Positions 34,990 to 35,850 of a DNA stretch of 35,850 nucleotides are shown here, piece after piece. The notes beneath the pieces were generated by a model that worked only from the letters and a program-made list of their open reading frames with translations, had not been told where the DNA came from and did not search any database. Source of the stretch: a virus. Its lineage: Duplodnaviria > Caudoviricetes. Position numbers and translations under genes: made by a program. Each line of letters begins with the position of its first letter. Positions within the stretch are counted from its first letter, which is position 1. The DNA is taken from IMG/VR virus record IMGVR_UViG_3300033076_001164, positions 1-35,850 of that record. One strand, 5' to 3'.

Positions 34990-35222
34990 CGTTGGTCCAA
35001 GGCCTCCTCCACCCGCGTCGCCACGTCCAAGGCAACCGCCGCCTCGCGGGCCATCATGTTCGACAGCGTCACGTCCGATTTTCCGATCTCCGCCGCGTGG
35101 CGAATCCACCTCGACCCGACCCGACGCAGTTCCGCGGCCCCCTCCTTGAGTTGCCGGAAATCCTCCTCGTCGATGTCGATGTGTCGCAAGTTCGTCGCCC
35201 TTGCCCACGGATTGATGGCCAA
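34986..35222 (-). CDS. Hypothetical protein
   Basis: Fills the gap in a coupled operon; TTG start uncertain. Confidence 0.55.
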   Translation of the reverse strand: MAINPWARATNLRHIDIDEEDFRQLKEGAAELRRVGSRWIRHAAEIGKSDVTLSNMMAREAAVALDVATRVEEALDQR

Positions 35223-35224
35223 CC

Positions 35225-35593
35225 TTAGCCCCCAGTCAACCCGTCAAGACCGAAAGATTTGCGAGGGTAGTACTTACCGTCGTCCGTCTTGCCGACCATC
35301 CCGTTGCGGATCGCCCGTCGCACCTGCAGCCATGCCGCCTTCGCGTCCAGCTCCTCGCCGTACGTCTCGAACCACAGAGCGGCCAACGTGTCCCTCAGCT
35401 CGTACGGACGCACCGGCGTGTCCGGCATCATGTCGAACAGCGCCTGGATCAGCGACGCCCGCTCCTCGGCCTTCTCGGCCCGCATCTTGACCATCCGCGT
35501 GACGTGCTCGCGCATCCGCTCGGGCGACAGCCGCCACGTCCGCTGCCAGGGCGTCTCGGCGTCGGGTTTGCGTCTGTAAGGATTGGGTCGCAT
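35225..35593 (-). CDS. Hypothetical, possibly winged-helix protein
   Basis: First gene of the leftward operon; C-terminal VRRAIRNGMVGKTDDGKYY wing-like. Confidence 0.65.
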   Translation of the reverse strand: MRPNPYRRKPDAETPWQRTWRLSPERMREHVTRMVKMRAEKAEERASLIQALFDMMPDTPVRPYELRDTLAALWFETYGEELDAKAAWLQVRRAIRNGMVGKTDDGKYYPRKSFGLDGLTGG

Positions 35594-35611
35594 GGTGAAG
35601 GGGGTTGGGGG

Positions 35612-35641
35612 TTTCTACGGAATGGACCCTTCCCCTTGCAA
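35612..35641 (-). promoter_or_regulatory. Putative leftward early promoter
   Basis: TTGCAA-18 bp-TAGAAA upstream of ATG35593. Confidence 0.35.
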
Positions 35642-35659
35642 GCCCTAAAGGCGTTAAGC

Positions 35660-35790
35660 AAGGGGAATGGGGTACTCCATTCCCTTTTACCCTATCTTAT
35701 GTATCCGTAAGGATACAGATAGGGTATTGGTTGCTACAGTTATTTCCATATTCACGGCTACAGTTGTTGTTATAACCTTAACTGTAGCAA
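35660..35790. repeat. AT-rich cluster of hairpins and iteron-like repeats (candidate origin)
   Basis: GGGAATGG/CCATTCCC; TACCCTATC..TGTATCC-GTAA-GGATACA-GATAGGGTA; TTGCTACAGTTA(35731)/TAACTGTAGCAA(35779) plus a third GCTACAGTT (35757). Confidence 0.65.
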
Positions 35791-35850
35791 TAACTGGATT
35801 TAAGAAGTTTACTCCCCGGTTTTCGACGAGGTGGTGGCGGCTACGCCCCC

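Larger units (their letters stand above)
1..35850. mobile_element. Tailed bacteriophage genome (lambda-like head module, probably siphovirus), complete or near-complete
   Basis: Terminase S/L, portal, S49 protease, capsid, tail, tape measure, fibres and replication genes fill the window in two convergent arms; no host housekeeping genes. Confidence 0.95.

Noticed and set aside
35220-35239. Sixth copy of the late motif (TTGACTGGGGGCTAAGGTTG, minus strand)
   Set aside because: Same spacing but diverges at the -35 sixth base and after GGCTAA, overlaps coding sequence and lies among early genes; unresolved rather than supported
1-35850. Genome-wide stop-codon reassignment
   Set aside because: Core genes are full length in the standard code with no in-frame TAG/TGA interruptions

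Overview
A complete or nearly complete ~36 kb tailed phage genome (GC-rich, lambda-like packaging). The host is probably Verrucomicrobiota/PVC, but that is inference only. Left end (1-~2360): a compositionally distinct island with a GP88/DUF7227-type gene and a strand-polarised, adenine-poor TGCCCG-repeat tract, followed by an AT-rich operator-like region. Plus strand 2.7-14.6 kb: early/replication operon (lysozyme-like protein, RuvC-like resolvase, RecT-like annealase, SPFH protein, PD-(D/E)XK exonuclease, SSB-like protein, SF2 helicase, metallophosphoesterase, primase-helicase). Minus strand 35.6-14.7 kb: small genes, an HTH regulator, terminase S/L, gpW-like adaptor, lambda-type portal, S49 protease, scaffold, capsid, neck/tail, tape measure, fibres and a membrane/lysis cassette. 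No integrase, DNA polymerase or methyltransferase was recognised. Most striking: (1) two unannotated tRNA-shaped RNAs (6601-6703, 14626-14721) that share a defective anticodon arm containing CUA and an over-long, internally bulged variable arm; (2) five copies of a compact late-promoter motif TT(G/T)ACA-N3-GGCTAAAG(G/T)CA, whose -35/-10-like boxes lie 6 bp apart versus 16-17 bp in the early promoters, together with a sigma-region-4-like HTH protein as candidate activator; (3) the polarised repeat island. All counts and folds were done by hand.
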